DNA of 11,922 nt from a virus (lineage: Duplodnaviria; Heunggongvirae; Uroviricota; Caudoviricetes), in the IMG/VR virus record IMGVR_UViG_638341086_000004; one strand, written 5' to 3'. A program made the translations under genes and the position numbers. The notes under the pieces are model-generated. The model did no database searches and had not been told where the DNA came from. It worked only from the letters and a program-made list of their open reading frames with translations. Shown piece by piece: positions 1 to 6,843 of this stretch. Every line of letters begins with the position of its first letter. The first letter of the stretch is position 1.

Positions 1-243
1 TTCCCGTAACAACTGACGCCAGACTTTACGCACACCGTATACCTTGTGATTTTCATCGTATACGCGCTGTATCTCTTTCTTCAGCCAGTCATCGCGCTGC
101 GCACGGGCACTGCGTTTATCCGGATGATGTCGCTGTTGCTGACAGTGGTAATACGTTGACGGGGCAATATGCAGTTCACTGCATACCGGTCCGACCCCGC
201 ACTGCTCACGCAGCTTATCCAGCAGTGGCATTATTTTTTCCAG
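1..243 (-). CDS. IS3-family transposase OrfB, N-terminal part only (partial; the DDE catalytic region lies beyond the window)
   Basis: Hand translation of the minus strand, open through the window edge: [81 protein letters not shown]. It is in the -1 frame relative to OrfA and overlaps the A6 slippery run. Confidence 0.8.
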   Translation of the reverse strand, partial: MEKIMPLLDKLREQCGVGPVCSELHIAPSTYYHCQQQRHHPDKRSARAQRDDWLKKEIQRVYDENHKVYGVRKVWRQLLRE

Positions 244-557
244 AGGCGGTCGAACTCCGCCTTCGCAAAATAAGCGGAAGCCTGGCGAAGGATATCGTTA
301 CTGCGGCGCAGTTCACGATTTTCACGCTCCAGCTCTTTCAGACGCTGACGTTCAGCGGTGGTGAGCCCTCCATCACCGCCCCCGGTATCCCGCTCATGCT
401 GGCGAACCCAGACACGCAGAGTCTCCGGCGTACAGCCAATCTTTGGAGCAATGGAACAAATTGTCGCCCATTGTGAGTCATATTCGCCCTGACTTTCCAG
501 AACCATACGGACTGCCCGTTGACGGACTTCAGGGGAAAAACGAGTATTTTTAGTCAT
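231..557 (-). CDS. IS3-family transposase OrfA (HTH DNA-binding subunit)
   Basis: 108-aa [22 protein letters not shown]...[36 protein letters not shown]: N-terminal HTH plus a leucine-zipper-like coiled coil typical of IS3 OrfA. An A6 run (T-run at 234-239 on the plus strand) lies at its 3' end where the -1 frameshift into OrfB is expected. Confidence 0.9.
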   Translation of the reverse strand: MTKNTRFSPEVRQRAVRMVLESQGEYDSQWATICSIAPKIGCTPETLRVWVRQHERDTGGGDGGLTTAERQRLKELERENRELRRSNDILRQASAYFAKAEFDRLWKK

Positions 558-864
558 CCTGTTTACCTCTTTCTCAGGAAGTTTAGTCTCCAGGATTCCC
601 GGGGCGGTTCACCCCGCCATACTTACCGCCGCGCCATTTCGCGGGTTGCCACAACCGGAAGCGCACGGTCGACGAAAATTTAACGACAGGCTATCTATGA
701 ACCAGCTACCTCGCCGTGCGCTTTCGCGTTATGGTCTGACTTTTCAGGGAAATATCCTTTCAGTAAACTGTCAGTGCCGGATGCTCACCCGTGTCCGGCG
801 CACGCACTCCACCTCACCCGTGGAGAACTCCTTAATTACTAACCTTAGCTTTGTTGATTAGCTA

Positions 865-1083
865 CTAACGCGGGTATGTAATCATTCTGGCAATGCTTAA
901 TGCCGCTGCTTTTTCCAGATTGGTGATATCCTGCTCCAGAGCGGACAGATTTTCAGCCTGCTTAGCCCTGGCTTCATTAGCCCATTTCAGATCCTGCGCT
1001 GCATTAATTTTCTGGCGCATCCACTCATAAAGTTCATCATCGGTATAGTCTGGCGCGATGATGACGGGTTCTCGTTTCTGCAT
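865..1083 (-). CDS. Hypothetical small prophage protein (72 aa), third gene of a leftward early operon; size and position resemble kil-type genes, with no sequence-level support
   Basis: ORF with a GAGGA-like RBS upstream of the ATG at 1083. It is co-directional with and tightly spaced after the two small ORFs upstream. Protein is coiled-coil-like (KINAAQDLKWANEARAKQAENLSALEQDITNLEKAA). Confidence 0.5.
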   Translation of the reverse strand: MQKREPVIIAPDYTDDELYEWMRQKINAAQDLKWANEARAKQAENLSALEQDITNLEKAAALSIARMITYPR

Positions 1084-1112
1084 ACTGATTCCTCGCGGTG
1101 CTGTTTCGCTTA

Positions 1113-1241
1113 TCAGCCGTTAGATTTTGCCGAACTGGAAAGCGCCTGTTTAAACTCACTGAAGCTGAGAGCTTCTTCGCCTTCGGCAAGGCCTTCGAAG
1201 TATTCTTCGTAAGCCTTTTCCATGATTGTGTCGAAATCCAT
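1113..1241 (-). CDS. Hypothetical small acidic protein (42 aa), absent from the supplied ORF track
   Basis: Hand translation of the minus strand: MDFDTIMEKAYEEYFEGLAEGEEALSFSEFKQALSSSAKSNG. Strong RBS (AGGTGA) 5 nt upstream of the ATG. The start is coupled to the stop of the upstream gene (TGAtATG arrangement). Confidence 0.4.
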   Translation of the reverse strand: MDFDTIMEKAYEEYFEGLAEGEEALSFSEFKQALSSSAKSNG

Positions 1242-1242
1242 A

Positions 1243-1398
1243 TCACTCACCTGAGTTTCTTTCCAGCCAGCGACGGGCACCATTTTCGGTTTTAAACGTT
1301 TTGCTTTTGGTATACGTCATTGCGGTGAACGTGCCGTCCTGGTTTGGAAACACGCCGTACACCAGAGATTCGTTGTTGCCAAGATCGATAGTATCCAT
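1243..1398 (-). CDS. Hypothetical small prophage protein (51 aa from the internal ATG; an alternative upstream ATG at 1479 would give 78 aa)
   Basis: ORF MDTIDLGNNESLVYGVFPNQDGTFTAMTYTKSKTFKTENGARRWLERNSGE with a GAGG RBS 5 nt upstream of the ATG at 1398. First gene of the leftward operon next to the operator region. Confidence 0.45.
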   Translation of the reverse strand: MDTIDLGNNESLVYGVFPNQDGTFTAMTYTKSKTFKTENGARRWLERNSGE

Positions 1399-1584
1399 GC
1401 TGACCTCATTTCCCCTTAACGCCGGGGTAGCGGAACAAAAACCTGCTGCATAGTTATTAAAGTTGAACCCTGCCGTCATGTTCTTACGCTTCGGGCTGGC
1501 TACTTAACCCCTGACCACTGCCTGGTAACTCGAAGTATTGCCCTGCATTCTGTGGGGCGGGGTGGGTTGGTATGAAAAGAAGGA

Positions 1585-1621
1585 TACCCATAGGTATTTA
1601 AAAAGTAAATACCCATGGGTA
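1585..1621. promoter_or_regulatory. Left operator region (OL-like): two palindromic repressor-binding candidates, TACCCATAGGTA (1585-1596) and the perfect palindrome TACCCATGGGTA (1610-1621)
   Basis: Two 12-bp dyads with centres 25 bp apart in the non-coding gap between the repressor 3' end and the leftward operon. The same half-site (TACCCA) recurs in the repressor/cro intergenic region. Confidence 0.5.
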
Positions 1622-1663
1622 ACTTTTTGCGGTGTCTTAACTGGTGACTAGTTGTTTGGTGAG

Positions 1664-2083
1664 CTATGATGCGTTTTGTGCTTTCTTTTTACGGATTTCT
1701 TCGTAGATCATATTGTAATACTGTTTTTTCTCTTCAAGAGTTTTTAATAAGTTATCCGCTTCACTTTCTGGCAGTTCGTCTAAGAGATCTAAAAAAATAC
1801 GTTGTCGTGGCGTTAGAACCCTTGTTTCATAACTGGAGGCTGTGTTCGTTGATGATGAAACGATACCATCCATCCATCCCCGGGGTAACCCAAAGGACTC
1901 TTCGATAATCTCCACCATATCATCAGCGATCCGTTTTTTTCCCTTTTTCCCCTCTGGGTACAACATTCTTGATACATAAGAAGGCTCGCGCCCGATCTTT
2001 CTGGCCACGTTAACCGCTTTACCATCGCATTTCTCATCACGAATTTTGATGAGTTGCTGTCGTCTAAATTCATATTTATCCAT
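1664..2083 (-). CDS. Prophage immunity repressor, short HTH-only type (RacR/DicA-like size class; no S24 peptidase domain)
   Basis: 139-aa ORF divergent from the cro-like gene. An HTH-like segment (GKAVNVARKIGREPSYVSRMLYPEG) and the length are incompatible with a LexA-type cleavage domain. No SD upstream of the ATG, suggesting a leaderless mRNA. Confidence 0.75.
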   Translation of the reverse strand: MDKYEFRRQQLIKIRDEKCDGKAVNVARKIGREPSYVSRMLYPEGKKGKKRIADDMVEIIEESFGLPRGWMDGIVSSSTNTASSYETRVLTPRQRIFLDLLDELPESEADNLLKTLEEKKQYYNMIYEEIRKKKAQNAS

Positions 2084-2119
2084 AGGTAAATAATAGATGC
2101 GATTACTGCAAGGTAAACA

Positions 2120-2158
2120 ACCTGTGGGTATTGACTTTTGTTTACCTGTGGGTATTCT
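2120..2158. promoter_or_regulatory. Right operator/promoter region (OR/pR-like): two copies of ACCTGTGGGTAT (2120-2131 and 2144-2155) overlapping a candidate rightward promoter (-35 TTGACT at 2131-2136, -10 TATTCT at 2153-2158)
   Basis: Two identical 12-mers 24 bp apart carrying the TACCCA half-site (reverse complement), in the divergent intergenic region. A -35/-10 pair with a 16-bp spacer is positioned to drive the cro-like gene (RBS AAGGAG at 2173-2178, ATG at 2184). Confidence 0.5.
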
Positions 2159-2183
2159 TTGCTGTGTTTACTAAGGAGTAGCT

Positions 2184-2465
2184 ATGGAAGAATTAAGAAT
2201 ATTTCTCAATTCTCTTTCGTCAGATGAACAGCGTATGTTTGCATGCGAGTGTGGTACCAGCATCGGTTATCTAAGAAAGGCATTGAGTAAAGGTCAAGTG
2301 TTAGGGGCATCGTTATGTGTCCTTATTGAGCGAGCCAGTAATGGTGAAGTTACACGTCAGCAACTAAGGCCTTTTGATTGGATGAATATTTGGCCCGAGC
2401 TGGAAGATACCAAAACGTTAACACAACCACTTTCTAGGAGCTTGATTCATGAAAATCAAGCATGA
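2184..2465 (+). CDS. Cro-like HTH regulator (YdaS family)
   Basis: 93-aa ORF with a strong RBS (AAGGAG), first gene rightward from the operator region. Sequence resembles YdaS-type Cro analogues (recall). Its end overlaps the start of the next gene. Confidence 0.75.
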   Translation: MEELRIFLNSLSSDEQRMFACECGTSIGYLRKALSKGQVLGASLCVLIERASNGEVTRQQLRPFDWMNIWPELEDTKTLTQPLSRSLIHENQA

Positions 2466-2874
2466 ACACATCCGCATGGCGATGAATGCCTGGGCGCATC
2501 CGGACGGTGAAAAAGTTCCGGCAGCTGAAATAACCAGGGCTTATTTTGAACTGGGTATGACGTTCCCAGAACTGTATGACGACAGCCATCCGGAAGCCCT
2601 GGCTCGCAATACCCAGAAAATTTTCCGCTGGATAGAGAAAGACACCCCTGATGCAGTTGAAAAAATTCAGGCGTTGTTACCAGCGATCGAAAAGGCAATG
2701 CCACCTTTGCTGGTGGCCAGAATGCGCAGCCACAGTTCAGCTTATTTTCGGGAGCTGGTGGAGACGCGGGAGCGACTGGTGAGAGACGCTGATGATTTTG
2801 TAGCAGTGGCAATCGCCGGTTTCAATCAGATGAACCGTGGTGGCCCGGCAGGAAATGCTGTGGCAGTTCATTGA
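2449..2874 (+). CDS. CII-like regulator (YdaT family)
   Basis: 141-aa ORF with an AGGAG RBS 8 nt upstream, overlapping the end of the cro-like gene. Position and size match the YdaT class that follows YdaS in Rac-type immunity regions (recall). Confidence 0.75.
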   Translation: MKIKHEHIRMAMNAWAHPDGEKVPAAEITRAYFELGMTFPELYDDSHPEALARNTQKIFRWIEKDTPDAVEKIQALLPAIEKAMPPLLVARMRSHSSAYFRELVETRERLVRDADDFVAVAIAGFNQMNRGGPAGNAVAVH

Positions 2875-2945
2875 CTGACAATAGCCATATCGAATCGCTT
2901 CCGGCAACTCGTGAGTAAAAAGATTCGGTATCAGAAGAGGTGAGT

Positions 2946-4016
2946 ATGGCTAACGCCTGGCTCAGATTATGGCATGACATGCCAAATGACCCTAAGTGGC
3001 GAACAATTGCCAGGGTGTCAGGGCAGCCAATTGCAACAGTGATGGCAGTGTATATCCACCTCCTGGTGAGCGCGTCACGAAATGTCACGCGAGGTCACAT
3101 TGATGTCACGACAGAAGATTTGGCAAGTGCGCTCGACGTGACAGAAGAGGTAATTGATTCAATTTTGCAGACGATGCAGGGGCGGGTACTTGATGGTGAT
3201 TTAATCACTGGATGGGAAAAACGCCAGGTGCTGAAAGAGGACAACGGCAATATTTCGCAAACCGCAAAATCTCCTGCAGAGCGCAAGAGGGCGCAGCGAG
3301 AGAGGGAAAGAAAGCGGGAACAAAATGGCGATTGTCACGGCGCGTCACGAAATGTCACGCACATGTCACGACGAGTCACGACAGATAAAGATACAGATAA
3401 AGATACAGATAAAGATACAGATAAAGATACAGATCAAGAAGATCAAAACACTATGGTCCATGGCGTAAAAAACGCCACGAACCAGGCAGGGGATGTTCAG
3501 ACCGTCAATCCTGGTCAGCCAGCAGGCACGACACCGGAAGCCGATTCGGGCGCTGTGCAGCAGGTGATGACCGCAAGGCCGGAGCAATCACACCAACTGC
3601 AGCAGCCCGAAGCCGATTCCGCCATTCAGCGGGAAGCCGATCGGGTAGTCCCGGAAAACACCGGTCAGTCTGTGGGACGAGTGGATTATCCGGATGTGTT
3701 CGAACAGGTCTGGCGGGAGTACCCGTTGCGTGCTGGGGCAAACCCGAAGAAATCCGCTTTCAGTGCCTGGAAGGCCAGATTACGCGAGGGGGTGCCACCA
3801 GAGGCCATGCTGGATGGTGTGAGGCGTTACGCGAGATACCTGGCGGCGACCGGGAAAGCGGGAACGGAATTTGTTCAGCGAGCGACGACGTTTTTTGGGC
3901 CGGACCGGAATTTTGAAAACCCCTGGTTGCTCCCGGTAAGCGGCACGAACAACCAGCGTTGCGTGAATCACATTTCTGAACCGGACACTGAAATACCGCC
4001 GGGATTCAGGGGGTGA
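2946..4016 (+). CDS. Phage replication initiator (O-like role) with a DnaT-like C-terminal domain
   Basis: ORF starting at the ATG at 2946 (GAGG RBS 5 nt upstream; the ORF track starts at GTG 2940). The C-terminus ...VNHISEPDTEIPPGFRG resembles the C-terminus of E. coli primosomal protein DnaT as I recall it. The middle of the gene carries iteron-like repeats and an AT-rich tandem repeat. It is immediately followed by a DnaC-like gene. Confidence 0.8.
   Translation: MANAWLRLWHDMPNDPKWRTIARVSGQPIATVMAVYIHLLVSASRNVTRGHIDVTTEDLASALDVTEEVIDSILQTMQGRVLDGDLITGWEKRQVLKEDNGNISQTAKSPAERKRAQRERERKREQNGDCHGASRNVTHMSRRVTTDKDTDKDTDKDTDKDTDQEDQNTMVHGVKNATNQAGDVQTVNPGQPAGTTPEADSGAVQQVMTARPEQSHQLQQPEADSAIQREADRVVPENTGQSVGRVDYPDVFEQVWREYPLRAGANPKKSAFSAWKARLREGVPPEAMLDGVRRYARYLAATGKAGTEFVQRATTFFGPDRNFENPWLLPVSGTNNQRCVNHISEPDTEIPPGFRG
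3074..3110. repeat. Iteron-like cluster 1: four GTCAC(G/A) motifs phased ~10-11 bp apart
   Basis: GTCACG at 3074, 3084 and 3105, GTCACA at 3094. The 20-mer CGCGTCACGAAATGTCACGC (3071-3090) recurs exactly at 3341-3360. Confidence 0.55.
3334..3380. repeat. Iteron-like cluster 2: five GTCACG motifs phased at helical-turn spacing, directly upstream of an AT-rich tandem repeat (candidate phage origin)
   Basis: GTCACG at 3334, 3344, 3354, 3365 and 3375. Contains the second copy of the 20-mer CGCGTCACGAAATGTCACGC. Lies inside the initiator gene, as lambda-type origins lie inside O. Confidence 0.6.
3384..3431. repeat. Perfect 12-bp tandem repeat (GATAAAGATACA x4, then a degenerate partial unit), AT-rich; encodes a (DKDT)n linker in the initiator
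   Basis: Read directly from the sequence; units at 3384, 3396, 3408 and 3420. Immediately 3' of iteron cluster 2. Confidence 0.85.
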
Positions 4017-4022
4017 CGTGTC

Positions 4023-4769
4023 ATGAAAAACATTGCGGCAGTTGGGGTTCTTGAACGTATTCGCAGACTTGCACCACAGGGGGCGGTTCCACCGTACCGG
4101 ACGGTGGAGGAGTGGCGGGAATGGCAACTTGCTGAAGGACGAAAACGCAGCGAGGAGATTAACCGCCAGAATCGCCAGTTGCGGGTGGAAAAAATCCTGA
4201 ATCGTTCGGGCATCCAGCCTCTGCACAGCAAATGCTCGTTTGCGAATTATCAGGTGCAGAATGACGGGCAAAAATACGCGCTGAGCCAGGCCAAATCCAT
4301 AGCTGACGAACTGATGACCGGGTGCACGAATTTTGTGTTCAGCGGTAAAACCGGCACCGGGAAAAATCACCTTGCAGCGGCGATGGGTAACCGGCTGATG
4401 GCGAAGGGGCGCAGCGTGATTATCGTCACCGTGTCTGATGTCATGAGCGTGTTGCATGACAGCTACGACAACGGCAAATCCGGGGAAAAATTTTTACAGG
4501 AGCTTTGCGGGGTTGATTTGCTGGTCCTGGATGAAATAGGCGTTCAGCGGGAGACGAAAAACGAGCAGGTGGTATTACACCAGATAATTGATCGCCGGAC
4601 AGCATCACTGTGCAGTGTCGGGATGTTAACAAACCTGAATCATGCCGCAATGAGCACGCTTCTTGGTGAGAGGATTATGGACCGGATGACCATGAGCGGT
4701 GGTCGATGGGTGACGTTTAACTGGGATAGCTGGCGTCCAAATGTCAGCAATATGAGGGTTGTGAAGTAA
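4023..4769 (+). CDS. DnaC-like replicative helicase loader (AAA+ ATPase), phage-encoded
   Basis: 248-aa ORF with Walker A (GKTGTGKNHLAAA) and Walker B (LLVLDEIG) motifs. Collinear similarity to E. coli DnaC over its length (recalled sequence: ...NRSGIQPLH..CSF.NY..., MLTN.N...LLGERIMDRM). GGGGTGA RBS upstream. Confidence 0.9.
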   Translation: MKNIAAVGVLERIRRLAPQGAVPPYRTVEEWREWQLAEGRKRSEEINRQNRQLRVEKILNRSGIQPLHSKCSFANYQVQNDGQKYALSQAKSIADELMTGCTNFVFSGKTGTGKNHLAAAMGNRLMAKGRSVIIVTVSDVMSVLHDSYDNGKSGEKFLQELCGVDLLVLDEIGVQRETKNEQVVLHQIIDRRTASLCSVGMLTNLNHAAMSTLLGERIMDRMTMSGGRWVTFNWDSWRPNVSNMRVVK

Positions 4770-4790
4770 TTTTGTCCGGAGGAAATTTTA

Positions 4791-5562
4791 ATGGAAACCG
4801 TATCTGACGCACTGAAAGCACTGAAAAAAGCCTCTTCACATGTGGTGGCAGCTCGCCTTGGAATCAGTCGTGAAGAGGCTGTCAACGAGCTGTGGGAACT
4901 CAAAAGAAATGGCGTCGTTGATAAAACTGGTCACACCTGGTTTCTGGCTGGCGAAGGTGAATCCCTGGTAACCGAAGAGCTGCCAGTAAAATCTGAAGCA
5001 CAGGATATGCTGACCGGGGAGGTCGAACAAAAAGTTACCGCAGACATGATGATTGAGTTTATCGGTCAGGGATGGGGCTAAAACGTGTGAGGAACTGGCG
5101 GGTAAGTTCGGCGTCAGTACTCGCAAGGTTGCTTCCACGCTGGCGGTGGTAACCGCAACGGGGCGGCTGGCACGCGTTAATCAGAGCGGTAAATTTTGTT
5201 ACTGCATGCCGGGCGATAATTTACCAGCAGAGTCGAAAGCCGCGCTGGTAACGGAAAATGATGGTAAGGCCTTTCCTCAGCCAGCAGGTGCTGCGTTACC
5301 AGTCCGGGAAGCCGCAACACAGGAAGAAATTAAAACAGAAACTGTGGCGGACATTGTGCAGCCGTTGCTATCGTTTACCGAAACGCAAGCAGATGAGCTG
5401 ATTTTTCCGTCCCTGCGCAGGGCAAACCTGGCGCTGCGCAGGGCGAAAAGTGATGTTCAGAAGTGGGAGCGAATCTGCGCCGCGCTGCGGGAGCTGAACA
5501 AGCACCGGGATATTGTTCGACAGATTACTGATTCTTCCCGCCGTGTTGTATCGGAAAAGTGA
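4791..5562 (+). pseudogene. Winged-helix-like protein of unknown function (DUF1627-like), apparently split by a +1 frameshift in a G-run at ~5069-5071; the two ORF-track pieces are 4791-5081 and 5053-5562
   Basis: The first ORF (RBS GGAGG, ATG 4791) stops at 5079-5081. The second ORF continues in the +1 frame and has no ATG/RBS of its own (the ORF-track start is TTG). Removing one G from the GGG at 5069-5071 fuses them into one ~257-aa protein (...[21 protein letters not shown]...). Confidence 0.5.
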
Positions 5563-5577
5563 TTGCCGAAGGCGCTT

Positions 5578-6003
5578 ATGGCAAAAGTATTTACACAAGA
5601 AGAGCGAGAAAAAATTAAAGGGCAGGTTGTTGAGCTAGTACGCCGGAGTGGGCGCGAGACGTTACGGCAACTGGAAGCCAAGACAGGTGCGACAAGATAT
5701 CTGATGAGCGTTCTTGCCAGAGAGCTGGTTGCCAGTGGTGATGTATATCACTCTGGCTATGGGTTGTTCCCGTCAGAACAGGCGCGTAAGGACTGGCAAA
5801 ACGCCCGCAAAAAACTCTCGAGGGCAAAGGTGAAGAAACCTGTTGTGGTTGATCCGGGCCTTATCTGGACATTACCCGACGGAGAAATACACCGCTACGA
5901 CAGGCGTATGAACATAATCTGTCGCGAGTGCCGGAAGAGCGAAGCTATGCAGCGTGTACTGGCATTTTATCAAGGAAATGTTAGATATTTTAGACGTTAC
6001 TAG
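5578..6003 (+). CDS. Hypothetical prophage protein (141 aa from the ATG at 5578), possible winged-helix N-terminus
   Basis: ORF with a GAAGG RBS ~7 nt upstream of the ATG at 5578 (the ORF-track start at 5563 is TTG). No recognisable catalytic motifs. Confidence 0.6.
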   Translation: MAKVFTQEEREKIKGQVVELVRRSGRETLRQLEAKTGATRYLMSVLARELVASGDVYHSGYGLFPSEQARKDWQNARKKLSRAKVKKPVVVDPGLIWTLPDGEIHRYDRRMNIICRECRKSEAMQRVLAFYQGNVRYFRRY

Positions 6004-6156
6004 ATTAAAGAGCATTAGTTCAGATGTGAATTGACATTTTCATGGCGCAGGGTAGAGCCAGCGTGGTTGTCCGCTTTGCGTCAAAACCAGATATTACCAG
6101 ATTTAGACATATATTCCCGATAGCCCTGCTCTGATGCTACACTCTGTGCTATTTTC

Positions 6157-6843
6157 ATGACCCCAATAAAAATATTTATGACTATTGCTGATTTCAAACG
6201 GCCTAAATTGGAGCTTCCAAACGGGGCAAACAAACTACTACTGCACTCTTGCTGTGCTCCATGTTCCGGTGAAGTGATGGAGGCGCTTCAGGCCTCGGGA
6301 ATCGACTACACCATCTTTTTCTACAACCCGAACATTCATCCTCAGAAAGAGTATTTAATTCGTAAGGATGAAAATATTCGCTTTGCTGAACAACACGGCG
6401 TGCCGTTTATCGATGCTGATTACGACACCGACAACTGGTTTGAACGTGCCAAAGGAATGGAATGGGAGCCTGAGAGGGGGATCCGTTGTACCATGTGTTT
6501 TGACATGCGTTTTGAGCGGACAGCGTTGTACGCTGCTGAAAATGGTTTCAGTGTGATCAGTAGTTCACTGGGCATTTCACGCTGGAAAAATATGCAGCAG
6601 GTTAACGAGTGTGGGCGGCGAGCTGTTGCGCATTATCCGGGTATGGTGTACTGGGATTATAACTGGCGCAAGCAGGGCGGCTCGTCCCGTATGATTGAAA
6701 TCAGCAAGCGCGAAAAATTCTATCAGCAGGAATATTGTGGCTGTGTGTATTCTCTGCGCGATACCAATCTACACCGCAAATCTCAGGGACGCCCTCTTAT
6801 CAAAATTGGCCAACTCCACTACGGAAAAGAAGAGAAGGAGTGA
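6157..6843 (+). CDS. QueH-like protein (DUF208/COG1636 family, putative epoxyqueuosine reductase-type Fe-S enzyme)
   Basis: 228-aa ORF with the [11 protein letters not shown] motif that I recall as the hallmark of DUF208/QueH, plus further conserved Cys (CTMCFD, EYCGCVY). No clear SD; an alternative ATG lies at 6178. Extended -10-like TGCTACACT at 6134-6142. Confidence 0.7.
   Translation: MTPIKIFMTIADFKRPKLELPNGANKLLLHSCCAPCSGEVMEALQASGIDYTIFFYNPNIHPQKEYLIRKDENIRFAEQHGVPFIDADYDTDNWFERAKGMEWEPERGIRCTMCFDMRFERTALYAAENGFSVISSSLGISRWKNMQQVNECGRRAVAHYPGMVYWDYNWRKQGGSSRMIEISKREKFYQQEYCGCVYSLRDTNLHRKSQGRPLIKIGQLHYGKEEKE

Larger units (their letters stand above)
1..611 (-). mobile_element. Partial IS3-family insertion sequence (IS629/IS1203-like); the terminal inverted repeat end is at ~611 and the element continues past the left edge of the window
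   Basis: Reverse complement of 593-611 reads TGAACCGCCCCGGGAATCC, a TG-initiated terminal repeat as expected for IS3-family ends. It sits ~55 bp upstream of OrfA, which is followed by an overlapping OrfB in the -1 frame. Family assignment is from recall of IS629 OrfA, not from a search. Confidence 0.85.

Noticed and set aside
646-861. 71-aa plus-strand ORF just right of the IS end
   Set aside because: No RBS, and the protein is Arg/Ser-rich with no protein-like pattern. The region is more likely a remnant of left-arm sequence next to the IS.
1037-1453. Overlapping ORFs 1037-1246 (-), 1098-1295 (+) and 1226-1453 (+)
   Set aside because: They overlap the better-supported minus-strand operon (RBS-preceded, translationally coupled genes) and have low-complexity or hydrophobic junk-like translations.
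2875-2945. An oop-like antisense RNA or terminator between the CII-like and initiator genes
   Set aside because: No convincing hairpin plus T-run on either strand in this 70-bp gap.
3384-3431. Possible CRISPR array or other spacer-repeat structure
   Set aside because: The repeats are 12-bp perfect tandem units with no spacers, inside a coding region. This is a tandem repeat, not CRISPR.
3366-4457. Minus-strand ORFs 3366-3587, 3505-3741, 3780-4457 and 3968-4231 inside the initiator and DnaC-like genes
   Set aside because: They are antisense to well-supported genes with clear motifs and have His/Arg/Pro-rich junk-like translations.
5560-5580. Stop-codon readthrough or selenocysteine at the in-frame TGA (5560-5562) joining 5053-5562 and 5563-6003
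   Set aside because: The downstream gene has its own RBS (GAAGG) and ATG at 5578, and no SECIS-like hairpin is evident just downstream of the TGA. Shared frame alone has about a 1 in 3 chance.
6368-6556. 62-aa ORF in another frame inside the QueH-like gene
   Set aside because: It is fully embedded in a longer ORF with a conserved motif and has no independent start signal.
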